Below are positions 15,958-24,000 of a DNA stretch of 24,000 bases, one piece after another (within the stretch, counting starts at the first letter, position 1; the number at the start of each line of letters is the position of its first letter). The notes below the pieces were generated by a model that was not told the DNA's origin, ran no database searches, and saw nothing but the letters and a program-made list of their open reading frames with translations. The stretch lies in contig CP136953.1 of NCBI GenBank assembly GCA_033103385.1, forward strand, positions 152,018 through 176,017, written 5' to 3'. This DNA comes from Mollicutes bacterium LVI A0039. GTDB lineage: Bacteria; Bacillota_I; Bacilli_A; UBA3375. A program made the position numbers and the translations under genes.

Positions 15958-17321
15958 TTAAACGCCTCTGTAACTGCTTTTTCTAATTTTGAACGATACA
16001 TAATTATCGTAATAACTGCACCTAACGCAATTGCTACTTGATAAGAAATGATCAGTCCACTAATTCCAAATGCAAATACAAACAGTGGATTAATGATTAA
16101 GAAACAAATAAACTGTCTAATTGTTACAATAATCAGTGATACTTTAGCGTTACTAATCGATTGGAAAATTGTTTGAATTAAGAATGATAGGGGCATTGTC
16201 AGCACCATAATTCCTAGAATTCGCGTTCCCGTTGTTACAAATTCATTTGCCTCTTGTGGTAAAGTAAAGATGTAAGTAAGAATTGTTGGAAATACGATTA
16301 ATATAACTCCAATAATCGATGATACAATTAGTAAGTAACGTGCAAATGTCGTGCGGGCATCATCAAAACGGGCTTTATCTTTCGCTCCATAGGCAAATGA
16401 GAAGACCGGTTGAATCCCACTTACTGCTGCTTGGACAATCATCGTGAACATCGTAAAGAACTTCACTAAAACTCCAAGTGCTGCATTTAAGTTGTCATTT
16501 GCATAAAGCGCAGTTTCCGCTGTTAAAACAAGTGAAGTTGCTGTTATATAAATAAATCCAATTGTCGCTGGAAAACCAAGTGAGAACACAGTTTTAAGAT
16601 CAGTTAATTTATAAGAAATTGATCCCATGCGATACTGGTATTGACTTTTATTTGTAAACAGATATTTACCAACGATAATAAACTGTAAAGTTTGTGAAAT
16701 AACTGTCGCAATTGAAGCCCCTGCAGTTCCCATATCTAATGGGAAGATTAAAATCCAATTCAATACAAAGTTAGCTAACGTTTGAATTACAATCGCTGAA
16801 AAAACTAACATTGCTTTACCCTCACTACGTGCGAACATCACCACGATAAAGGTTAAAATAATTGATGGTGAACCGACAATCGCCCAGAAGGCATATTGGT
16901 GCGATAAACCAATACTAGCATCAGTTGCTCCCAGCATGTATAAGATTGGATCTAAAAATATTACGAGTAATATAATTAGGATGATATTAAAAACAAAGGC
17001 ATAGCGCATTGTTCCGGTAAAAATATCACGCGCTTTATCCACATTGTTCTCCCCAAGCGTTTGCGCCCCATAAATTGATCCTCCGATTGCAAATAAATTC
17101 GCAAAAGACATGATGATTAGTATTACCGGAAAGGCGATCCCCGTTGCTGCGACACTCGCGACAGCTACTTCACTATCGGCAATACGTGATAAGAAAAATG
17201 AATCAACAATCATATTAAGCTGCGCTACGGCACTTCCTAAAATTGCGGGAATAACTAAAAGTGCAATTGTCTTGGTCATCTTTTCTTTTGAAATTAAATA
17301 ATTATCTGCCTGCTTCTCCAT
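15951..17321 (-). CDS. MATE-family efflux transporter (copy 2)
   Basis: 456 aa with twelve hydrophobic segments and a MATE-like N-terminus (KTIALLVIPAILGSAVAQLNMIVDSFFLSRI). The SD TAGGAG overlaps the greA stop. Confidence 0.8.
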   Translation of the reverse strand: MEKQADNYLISKEKMTKTIALLVIPAILGSAVAQLNMIVDSFFLSRIADSEVAVASVAATGIAFPVILIIMSFANLFAIGGSIYGAQTLGENNVDKARDIFTGTMRYAFVFNIILIILLVIFLDPILYMLGATDASIGLSHQYAFWAIVGSPSIILTFIVVMFARSEGKAMLVFSAIVIQTLANFVLNWILIFPLDMGTAGASIATVISQTLQFIIVGKYLFTNKSQYQYRMGSISYKLTDLKTVFSLGFPATIGFIYITATSLVLTAETALYANDNLNAALGVLVKFFTMFTMIVQAAVSGIQPVFSFAYGAKDKARFDDARTTFARYLLIVSSIIGVILIVFPTILTYIFTLPQEANEFVTTGTRILGIMVLTMPLSFLIQTIFQSISNAKVSLIIVTIRQFICFLIINPLFVFAFGISGLIISYQVAIALGAVITIIMYRSKLEKAVTEAFKA

Positions 17322-17329
17322 AGTTTCTC

Positions 17330-17803
17330 CTACTTAATGTCTAAGATTTTTAAAGTAATGTTACCTGTTGGAATTGCTATTACTACTTCTTCACCAACTG
17401 CTTTACCTGATAGTCCTCTTGCGATTGGCGTTGACGATGAAATTGAAGGTGTTTTTTCATCTAAAGGATTAGCTCCAATCCCTACAATACGATATTGTGA
17501 CTTTTCATTAGTTTCAACATTTTCATATGTTACTGTTGTTCCTAATGTAACAACATCACTTTCAACGTTTTCATCGATTAGTTGCGCATTGGAAATTTGT
17601 GCTTCTAACCCTTTAATTTTTGCTTCAACAAACGCTTGCTCTTCACGTGCAGAATCGTACTCAGAGTTTTCCGATAAATCCCCATATGATTTTGCTTCTT
17701 TAATACGCTCTACGACTTCAGGACGTTTCGTATGAATATAATACTGTAACTCTTCTGATAATTTGTCTAACTGTTCTTGTGTAATAAATATTTGATTTTT
17801 CAT
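17330..17803 (-). CDS. greA: Transcription elongation factor GreA
   Basis: 157 aa. It contains ...RPEVVERIKEAKSYGDLSENSEYDSAREEQAFVEAKI..., the GreA coiled-coil signature, plus a C-terminal globular domain. Confidence 0.9.
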   Translation of the reverse strand: MKNQIFITQEQLDKLSEELQYYIHTKRPEVVERIKEAKSYGDLSENSEYDSAREEQAFVEAKIKGLEAQISNAQLIDENVESDVVTLGTTVTYENVETNEKSQYRIVGIGANPLDEKTPSISSSTPIARGLSGKAVGEEVVIAIPTGNITLKILDIK

Positions 17804-17811
17804 TATTGCTC

Positions 17812-18426
17812 CTAAATTATATTATTTAAATGATTTGATATTAAATCTATTGCTTTGCGAATATCTTTGTTCGCAGGAACAATAATATTTGCATGGCGCT
17901 TACTTGGTTCAATAAATTGAATTAACATTGGTTTAACCGTATCGCGATATTGCGTTAGTACTGAGTCTAAGTCTCGTCCACGCTCTTGTGTATCACGAGT
18001 TATTCTTCGAATAAGACACTCATCAGCATCTGTATCAACGTAAATTCGCAGGTCAAATAAGCGACGTAAATCCTTATTTTCCAGTGTTAATATACCCTCT
18101 ACTATTATAACATCATTATTTTTGATTGTTTCAGTTTTTTCACTACGTGTATGATTTGTATAATCATATGTAGGCATGGTAACCGTTCCACCGTTACGAA
18201 GCGTTTCTAAATGCTCAATTAGTAAATCTGTTTCGAAAGCATGGGGGTGATCGTAATTTGTTTTTACGCGCTCCTCCATCGACATGTGTGATTGGTCGCG
18301 ATAATAATTATCATGACCAATAATCGTAATGTTATTTCCATGTTCTTTGACTTTTTTAACAATCTCACTAGAAACTGTTGTTTTCCCACCAGCACTAGGC
18401 CCGGCAATTCCAATTACAAAACTCAT
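17812..18426 (-). CDS. udk: Uridine kinase
   Basis: The preferred start is MSFVIGIAGPSAGGKTT (P-loop) after AAAGGGA, 3 nt beyond the upstream stop. Other motifs are NYDHPHAFE, IIVEGIL and RRITRD. Confidence 0.85.
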   Translation of the reverse strand: MSFVIGIAGPSAGGKTTVSSEIVKKVKEHGNNITIIGHDNYYRDQSHMSMEERVKTNYDHPHAFETDLLIEHLETLRNGGTVTMPTYDYTNHTRSEKTETIKNNDVIIVEGILTLENKDLRRLFDLRIYVDTDADECLIRRITRDTQERGRDLDSVLTQYRDTVKPMLIQFIEPSKRHANIIVPANKDIRKAIDLISNHLNNII

Positions 18427-18428
18427 AT

Positions 18429-19640
18429 TTATCCCTTTCTTACCAACCAATGTTTAGCTACTGGTCTATCAACTTTTAATTTAACTTGCATCAGCGGCTT
18501 ATTAGCTCGCTCAATCCTGTTCCCTTCATCATCAATAATCTCGGTGATCACTTGCTTAAACACTTGACTATGGGGACCGAAGAATTCCAAGGTGTCACCG
18601 ACTTTAAAGTGGTTTCGCTCCTCTACCAATGCATATCCCGAAGTTTGATCATAGTCGAGAACGTACCCAGCGTATTCAACTTGTTTGGGTTTATATTGAT
18701 CATCAAAAATTTGACCTTTACTTCCCAAGTCACCAATTAATGCACCTTCATATGTCTCTCGAGATTCAGCTTTTTTCAGTTCGTTGATCCACTCTTCCTT
18801 AACTTGGTAGTTTTCTGGATCTTCAAAGTAACTATCAAGCGCAGTGCGATAGACATTAACCACTGTAGCTAAATAGTGAAATGACTTCATTCGCCCTTCG
18901 ATTTTAAATGAATCAACACCGAGCGAACACATTTGCGGAATAAACGCCAACATGCTCATATCTTTGGCACTCATCGTAAAATTGTAATCATGATTCAATG
19001 CATTAGGAACTAACTGACCATCGACCTTTGTCGATAATTGATAATCCCAGCGACAACTTTGGCAACAACCTCCACGGTTCGAATCTCGAAGCGTCATGTG
19101 GTTTGAGAGCGTACAGCGTCCGGAGTATGATGAACATACTGCCCCATGAATAAATACTTCAACTTCCGTTTCGCAGTTATCAGTAATTTCTTTGATTTCC
19201 GCAAATGTCAACTCGCGAGCTAGGACAACACGGTCAACTCCTTGCTTTTCATAGTAATTAACCGCATATTTATTGGTAATTGATTGTTGAGTCGATATAT
19301 GAATTTCTAAACCAGGTGCTGATTTTTTAGTAATTTCAATATAAGCAGGATCCGATACAATAATTCCTCTTACTCCGGCCGCTTGTAAAGCAATTACGTA
19401 CTCTTCAAAGCCAATTAAGTTTTCACTATGCGCATAAATGTTTGTCGTAACATAGACTGAGGTGTTATACCTATTAGCAAATTTAACTCCCTCGATGATA
19501 TCATCTAGGGTGAAGTTGTCAGAATTAGAACGTAAACCGTAACTTTGTCCGCCTAAAAAGACAGCGTCAGCTCCATAAATACAAGCTATTTTTAACTTTT
19601 CTAAATTTCCTGCTGGTGCAAGTAACTCTGGACGTTTCAT
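18429..19640 (-). CDS. yrrO: U32-family protein, YrrO/YegQ (TrhP)-like, probable tRNA U34 5-hydroxylation factor
   Basis: 403 aa. It matches the U32 signature exactly: EVFIHGAVCSSYSGRCTLS (E-x-F-x2-G-[SA]-[LIVM]-C-x4-G-x-C-x-[LIVM]-S), with further Cys residues in GGCCQSC. It sits in the trmR-yrrN-yrrO-udk-greA order known from B. subtilis. Confidence 0.8.
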   Translation of the reverse strand: MKRPELLAPAGNLEKLKIACIYGADAVFLGGQSYGLRSNSDNFTLDDIIEGVKFANRYNTSVYVTTNIYAHSENLIGFEEYVIALQAAGVRGIIVSDPAYIEITKKSAPGLEIHISTQQSITNKYAVNYYEKQGVDRVVLARELTFAEIKEITDNCETEVEVFIHGAVCSSYSGRCTLSNHMTLRDSNRGGCCQSCRWDYQLSTKVDGQLVPNALNHDYNFTMSAKDMSMLAFIPQMCSLGVDSFKIEGRMKSFHYLATVVNVYRTALDSYFEDPENYQVKEEWINELKKAESRETYEGALIGDLGSKGQIFDDQYKPKQVEYAGYVLDYDQTSGYALVEERNHFKVGDTLEFFGPHSQVFKQVITEIIDDEGNRIERANKPLMQVKLKVDRPVAKHWLVRKG

Positions 19641-19648
19641 GGGCCTCC

Positions 19649-20563
19649 TTAATACATGGTTTTCTTATAAAAGAAACCAGTTCCGTATTTTTGATCTTGT
19701 TTTATTTGTTTTAAACGCTTTAAGAAATCACGCGCTTGTAATTGATACGTAGATTTATCAGTTTTTAAAAGTTCAAGTGCTTCAATATATAAATTTACAA
19801 TTTGATTATATTCACTTGGTGTATACAGAAGTGGATCGATACGTAGCGAGTTGATCTGTTCTAAATCCAGTTCGTCAAGTTTGTGGATCATCGCTAAGTT
19901 ATTACTCGATAACATATGCGTTCCTTGCTGGTTTTGAATTAGTGGGTAAGCGCGGTTTCGTTCACTATCATATAGATACATTGGATCGCGTTTCATCTCA
20001 ACTTCTTGAAATTCACTAAAGTTATCAACCATATTGCGAATTGACTGGAACATATACATGTGACCATGGATTTGGACCATTACCTCGCTAGCTTTCTCAC
20101 GAGCAATTTCATTTACTTCATCAAGAGTAATCTCTTTAGCCGTTTCGATTCCAGTAATTTGATTTTCACATGCAAAGCGGGAAAAACTACTATTGGTAAT
20201 CGTTGTTTCTGTCGAGTAAATAGATTCTAATTTTAAGTTGTGTAATTCAATGATATGCGGAACAGCCAAATCGGAGAAAATTACCCCATCAATAGCGCGC
20301 TCGCTTAGTGCTTGTAAATACGCTGTCAAACTCTCAAGATCGCGGTTATGCATCAGTTTATTTACTGCAACATAACACTTAAGCTCAAATTTATGGGCAA
20401 AATCACTTACGATATTAATTTCATCGATATTAAAATCAGCCACTTGACGTAAACCGAAAATATTGTTACCGACGATAATTTTATCCATTTTATCATGATT
20501 GTTAGCAATAATACTCTTTGCGTGAATCACACTAAATCCATGTAACGATAATTTACTATTCAT
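19649..20563 (-). CDS. yrrN: U32-family paralogue, YrrN-like, with a degenerate signature
   Basis: 304 aa from MNSKLSLHG. The ATG lies within ATGAATAG, overlapping the upstream TAG, and AAAGGAG precedes it. The sequence aligns in outline with the N-terminal part of the neighbouring U32 protein, but the signature region reads EVMVQIHGHMYMFQSIRNM, with no Cys. Confidence 0.65.
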   Translation of the reverse strand: MNSKLSLHGFSVIHAKSIIANNHDKMDKIIVGNNIFGLRQVADFNIDEINIVSDFAHKFELKCYVAVNKLMHNRDLESLTAYLQALSERAIDGVIFSDLAVPHIIELHNLKLESIYSTETTITNSSFSRFACENQITGIETAKEITLDEVNEIAREKASEVMVQIHGHMYMFQSIRNMVDNFSEFQEVEMKRDPMYLYDSERNRAYPLIQNQQGTHMLSSNNLAMIHKLDELDLEQINSLRIDPLLYTPSEYNQIVNLYIEALELLKTDKSTYQLQARDFLKRLKQIKQDQKYGTGFFYKKTMY

Positions 20564-21164
20564 GCTCTTCTCCTTTTCGATATAAAACACCAATTCCATC
20601 ACCTTGCTCAATTAGTTCAAATGAATACTCTTCACTATTTTGCATCGTGGCAATAAAATTTTCCAACTTCCGAACTAGTTGCTTTAAATTTCTAGATTTG
20701 GTATTAACCGTGTCCGAAAAAACATATCCATGAAAAAGCAAGTTGTCAAATATGACAACTCCCCCTGGTTTTAGATGTGTTATATATTTATTAAGAAACT
20801 TTAAATATTGACTTTTAGCACCATCGATATATAAGCAATCAAACATTCCTAAATTGCTACTGTCATAAAGTAGCGCATCATCACAGATTAACTTTACACT
20901 GGCATTTAAATCTAGCTTTTCTACATTAGCTACTGCTAGTTTATACATTTGTTCATCACGTTCAATCGATGTGACGCTAGCACCTGTTTGAATATGGAAC
21001 TGGCTGGCAGAATAACCGATTGCACTCCCTACTTCAAAAATCGAATTCACCTTATTTTGCTTTATGATTTCAACAACAATATCCAAGCCTTCACGTTCGA
21101 TTATCGGAACGTCATGTACTTTAGCATATGTTTCCATATCCTCTAGATAACTATAGTTCTTCAT
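20556..21164 (-). CDS. trmR: Class I SAM-dependent O-methyltransferase, YrrM/TrmR-like (tRNA mo5U34 methyltransferase candidate)
   Basis: 202 aa from [11 protein letters not shown]. It has caffeoyl-CoA-OMT-like motifs: IFEVGSAIGYSA, LYIDGAKSQY and GGVVIFDNLLFHG. The 29-aa upstream extension in the ORF track lies inside engB. Confidence 0.75.
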   Translation of the reverse strand: MKNYSYLEDMETYAKVHDVPIIEREGLDIVVEIIKQNKVNSIFEVGSAIGYSASQFHIQTGASVTSIERDEQMYKLAVANVEKLDLNASVKLICDDALLYDSSNLGMFDCLYIDGAKSQYLKFLNKYITHLKPGGVVIFDNLLFHGYVFSDTVNTKSRNLKQLVRKLENFIATMQNSEEYSFELIEQGDGIGVLYRKGEEHE

Positions 21165-21747
21165 GAAGCAGCCTTTCAAATGTAGCATAAATTGAATGTA
21201 GGTCGTTACGGTCCTCACTACTATACACGGCAAATGTATCGTGCTCATCAATATTTAGTTTCTCTTTAATCATCTTCGTTTGTTTAGCACGTTTTGAAGG
21301 TGATATTTTATCTTTTTTCGTACAAACAATCAGTACGTGAATTTCATGGTACTTTAAAAAATCATACATTAATAAATCATCTTCAGTTGGACCAACTTTA
21401 AAGTCGATTAATAGCGTCGCAAAGTGCAGGTTATCACGGTGAGTTAAATATTCCTCAATCATAATCCCAAAACGTTCACGATCTTTCTTACTTGTTTTCG
21501 CATATCCATACCCTGGAACATCGACAAAACATAACTCATCATTAATCTCATAGAAATTAAGTGTTTGAGTCTTTCCAGGCTTCGATGAAGTATACGCAAG
21601 CTTTTTTCTGTTACAAAACTTATTAATGAATGTTGATTTCCCAACATTAGAACGACCTAAAAGAACAACTTCTTTTAGGTCATGTGTTGGATAAGTTTCT
21701 TTTGATACTGATATTATTTTTAAATTACAATTAGTTACATCAATCAT
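21151..21747 (-). CDS. engB: Ribosome-biogenesis GTPase EngB/YsxC
   Basis: 198 aa with G1 [13 protein letters not shown]3 DVPGYGYA and G4 TKKDK. The ATG overlaps the clpX stop (ATGATTGA). Confidence 0.9.
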   Translation of the reverse strand: MIDVTNCNLKIISVSKETYPTHDLKEVVLLGRSNVGKSTFINKFCNRKKLAYTSSKPGKTQTLNFYEINDELCFVDVPGYGYAKTSKKDRERFGIMIEEYLTHRDNLHFATLLIDFKVGPTEDDLLMYDFLKYHEIHVLIVCTKKDKISPSKRAKQTKMIKEKLNIDEHDTFAVYSSEDRNDLHSIYATFERLLHEEL

Positions 21748-22966
21748 TATATATCCTTTTTGGTTTTTCTAAACCTTGAATTACTTGTTTAGAAATCTCT
21801 ATTTTTTGTAGATTCTCATCTACTGGTGCATCATACATTATCTCCAGCATCGTTTTCTCGATAATCGAATTTAATCCACGAGCTCCAGTATGTTTGGAAA
21901 TGGCGATTTTAGCAATTTCTTTGATTGCTGCACGCTCAAACTTTAATTTGATTCCATCCATATCTAATAATTTTTGATATTGTTTAATTAATGCATTTTG
22001 TGGTTTAGTTAAAATCTCAACCAGATCAGATTCACGAAGTGGATCAAGTGGGGCAATATTACTAATACGTCCGACAAACTCAGGGATCAAACCAAATGAA
22101 GTAATATCATCATGATTAACATTACGTAACACTAAGTCCTCTTCCATTTGTTTGTCAGCTCCAGCGATATCAAATCCAACCTTTTCGTTTTTGTATCGCT
22201 TTTCAATAATTTTATCCATACCTGGGAAAGAACCTCCGAGGATAAATAAAATATTTGATGTATCAACTTTAATCATTTCTTGATTAGGATTCTTACGACC
22301 AAGACTAGCGGGAACCGATGCTTCAGTTCCTTCCATAATCTTTAAAAGGGCTTGTTGCACACCTTCACCACTAACGTCACGAGTTACACTCATCCCACTT
22401 GACTTTTTGGCAATTTTATCAATTTCATCGATATAAATAATTCCTTTTTCAGCAAGTTTGACATTTCCGCCAGCATCATCGATTAAACGTGTAATAATCG
22501 TCTCAACATCATCACCAACATAACCTGCTTCAGTTAAACTAGTCGCATCGGCAATGGCAAATGGTAGATTAAGTGTTTTAGCAAGCGTTTTGGCAAGTAA
22601 TGTTTTACCAGTTCCTGTAGAACCGATTAATAATACGTTATTTTTATACAGTTCAATTCCATCAGCTTCTTCAATTTGATGATTTAATCGCTTATAGTGA
22701 TTATAAACAGAAACGGCTAAAACTCGTTTAGCCTTTTCTTGTCCTATAACATGCTTGTCTAATTCCTTTTTAAGATCACTTGGTTTTAAAAGGCTGAAAT
22801 CAGCAATTAATTCATTATCAATTTGTTTTGCTTCAAAACTAACTGCTTCATTTGCATTATTTAAACATATATCACAAATATAAACTTCAGGCCCAGCTAC
22901 AAGATGATTGACTTCATCTTGATCGCGCCCACAAAATGAACAAGTTTTAGATTTTTGTTCGTGCAT
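21740..22966 (-). CDS. clpX: ATP-dependent Clp protease ATP-binding subunit ClpX
   Basis: 408 aa with an N-terminal zinc ribbon (CSFCGR...CDICL), Walker [16 protein letters not shown], Walker [10 protein letters not shown], and GARGLNSI. Confidence 0.95.
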   Translation of the reverse strand: MHEQKSKTCSFCGRDQDEVNHLVAGPEVYICDICLNNANEAVSFEAKQIDNELIADFSLLKPSDLKKELDKHVIGQEKAKRVLAVSVYNHYKRLNHQIEEADGIELYKNNVLLIGSTGTGKTLLAKTLAKTLNLPFAIADATSLTEAGYVGDDVETIITRLIDDAGGNVKLAEKGIIYIDEIDKIAKKSSGMSVTRDVSGEGVQQALLKIMEGTEASVPASLGRKNPNQEMIKVDTSNILFILGGSFPGMDKIIEKRYKNEKVGFDIAGADKQMEEDLVLRNVNHDDITSFGLIPEFVGRISNIAPLDPLRESDLVEILTKPQNALIKQYQKLLDMDGIKLKFERAAIKEIAKIAISKHTGARGLNSIIEKTMLEIMYDAPVDENLQKIEISKQVIQGLEKPKRIYND

Positions 22967-22984
22967 GTTGTCTCCTATCTAATA

Positions 22985-24000
22985 TTATCCTAAGATAGCT
23001 AAGTATGCTTTTTCATATTGTACATCAGCTTTTAAACGGTCTTTTCCACCGATCATTTGCTCGATTTGAGCAGCTTCCATGTTGTACATTTCAGCAAGTT
23101 CAGCTAATTTAGCATCTACTTCTTCGTCAGTAACTTCAAAGTTTTCTTTTTCGTTTACTGCAGTGATTACTAGCATTTCTTCGATTTTACGTTTTGAATC
23201 GTTATCGATATCTTTACGTAAATCAGCTTCAGTAACACCTAACATTTGTTGGTACATTTCAAAGTCAATCCCTTGAGATGCGATTTGTTGTTTGAATTGA
23301 GCTAAAGTGTTTTCTGTTTCTTGATCAATCATACTTTGAGGTACAACGAAGTTAGCATCTTCAATGATTTTAGTGAATACTTCAGTGCGGTATGCTTGTT
23401 CGTTTTCTTGTACTTTTTTAGCTTTGATTTGTTCTTTAATTTCAGCTTCAAATTTAGCAACTGTTTCAGCTTCGTATCCTTCTAATTCAGCAACTAATTC
23501 ATCAGTAAGTTCAGGCGTTTTCATTTCTTTAATTTCGTGAACTGTACATGTGAATACTGCTTCCTTACCAGCTAAGTCTGCAGCGTGGTAGTCAGTTGGG
23601 AATGTTACTTTAACATCCTTAGTTTCTTCAGCGTTCATTCCGATCATTTGCTCTTCAAATCCAGGAATAAATGAGTTAGAACCGATTACTAATTCATAGT
23701 TTTCAGCGCTTCCACCTTCGAATAATTCACCATCAACTTTACCAGCAAAGTCAAAGATTACTGTATCTCCATCACAAACGCTTCCGTCTTCTTTTAAGTC
23801 GAAAGTCGCTTTAGTTTTTAAAAGACCAGCGATTGTTTCTTCAATTTCAGCTTTAGCAACACGTGCTTGCTTTTTCTTGATTCCGCTTCTTAATTCTTCA
23901 ATGTTACCAACTTTTACTTCAGGCATTAAATCAACAGAACCTTCAATTGATAATCCTTCTTCTTCAGATACCGTAGCACCTGCCCAGTCAAAGTTTGGTG
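22985..24000 (-). CDS. tig: Trigger factor, C-terminal ~338 aa; the gene runs off the right edge
   Basis: The frame stays open to position 24000 upstream of the ORF-track Met (..PNFDWAGATVSEEEGLSIEGSVDLMPEVKV). It has an FKBP-type PPIase core, GDTVIFDFAGKVDGELFEGGSAENYELVIGSNSFIPGFEEQMIGM, and the usual acidic helical C-terminal arm domain. Confidence 0.9.
   Translation of the reverse strand, partial: PNFDWAGATVSEEEGLSIEGSVDLMPEVKVGNIEELRSGIKKKQARVAKAEIEETIAGLLKTKATFDLKEDGSVCDGDTVIFDFAGKVDGELFEGGSAENYELVIGSNSFIPGFEEQMIGMNAEETKDVKVTFPTDYHAADLAGKEAVFTCTVHEIKEMKTPELTDELVAELEGYEAETVAKFEAEIKEQIKAKKVQENEQAYRTEVFTKIIEDANFVVPQSMIDQETENTLAQFKQQIASQGIDFEMYQQMLGVTEADLRKDIDNDSKRKIEEMLVITAVNEKENFEVTDEEVDAKLAELAEMYNMEAAQIEQMIGGKDRLKADVQYEKAYLAILG

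Noticed and set aside
17337-17735. 132-aa plus-strand ORF covering most of greA in antisense
   Set aside because: It mirrors greA almost end to end and has no recognisable motifs or translation signals. It is a shadow ORF that arises because stop-complement codons are rare in the greA frame.
20564-21251. Longer N-terminal extensions given by the ORF track (yrrN-like to 20611, methyltransferase to 21251; likewise udk to 18450, MATE-1 to 11523, tetR from 11452, lipoprotein to 8955, mrp to 7067)
   Set aside because: In each case a downstream ATG is preceded by a good SD and gives a canonical N-terminus: a P-loop at the right distance, a lipoprotein signal peptide, or a TetR HTH near the N-terminus. 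The extensions overlap the upstream gene or the promoter region.
21459-21647. 62-aa minus-strand ORF in an alternative frame inside engB
   Set aside because: It overlaps the G-domain of engB on the same strand in another frame. It shows no independent signals, so it is a chance ORF.
21740-21742. Mycoplasma-type genetic code (TGA = Trp)
   Set aside because: clpX terminates at TGA exactly where ClpX proteins end. Reading all genes with code 11 gives full-length, motif-complete proteins, so the standard bacterial code applies.
1-24000. CRISPR arrays, IS elements or transposases, toxin-antitoxin pairs, restriction-modification or other defence systems, tRNA/rRNA genes, riboswitches or T-boxes
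   Set aside because: I scanned the intergenic regions, which are all 160 bp or shorter, and both strands. I found no repeat-spacer periodicity, no terminal inverted repeats, no tRNA-like T-arm other than in ssrA, and no leader long enough for a riboswitch. All large ORFs are accounted for by recognisable families.

Overview
This 24 kb window comes from a low-GC genome that uses the standard genetic code. clpX ends in TGA, and every ORF is full length under code 11, which rules out Mycoplasma or Spiroplasma code 4. Gene content and order look like a compact Firmicute (Bacilli, Erysipelotrichia or Acholeplasma-like); I cannot be more precise without a database search.

I can support 23 protein genes and one tmRNA. 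Twenty-one of these 24 genes lie on the minus strand, and they are tightly packed with many overlapping stop/start junctions.

Gene order, left to right on the + strand:
- FNT-family channel (partial)
- rpmG, a small gene missing from the ORF track
- rhomboid protease, parC, parE and an Mrp/ApbC-like ATPase, which form one minus-strand operon
- ssrA (tmRNA) and xth, both on the + strand
- a small accessory-looking block: lipoprotein, SdpI-like membrane protein, TetR-like regulator, MATE pump, and a divergent TetR regulator
- malQ and glgP (maltodextrin catabolism)
- a long co-directional run: second MATE pump, greA, udk, yrrO-like U32, yrrN-like U32, trmR/yrrM-like O-methyltransferase, engB, clpX and tig (partial)

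I found no transposase, integrase, phage gene, CRISPR array, toxin-antitoxin pair or recognisable defence system. This is essentially a core housekeeping region, and I do not see convincing evidence for a novel multi-gene system.

The most interesting items are modest:
- the TetR-like/SdpI-like/lipoprotein operon
- an 18-bp inverted repeat in the TetR/MATE divergent promoter region
- an asymmetric pair of U32 proteins in a conserved tRNA-modification cluster
- an Mrp-type ATPase that lacks the CXXC motif
- a cre-like palindrome in the glgP-malQ leader

All family calls rest on motif recognition by eye. No searches were run.
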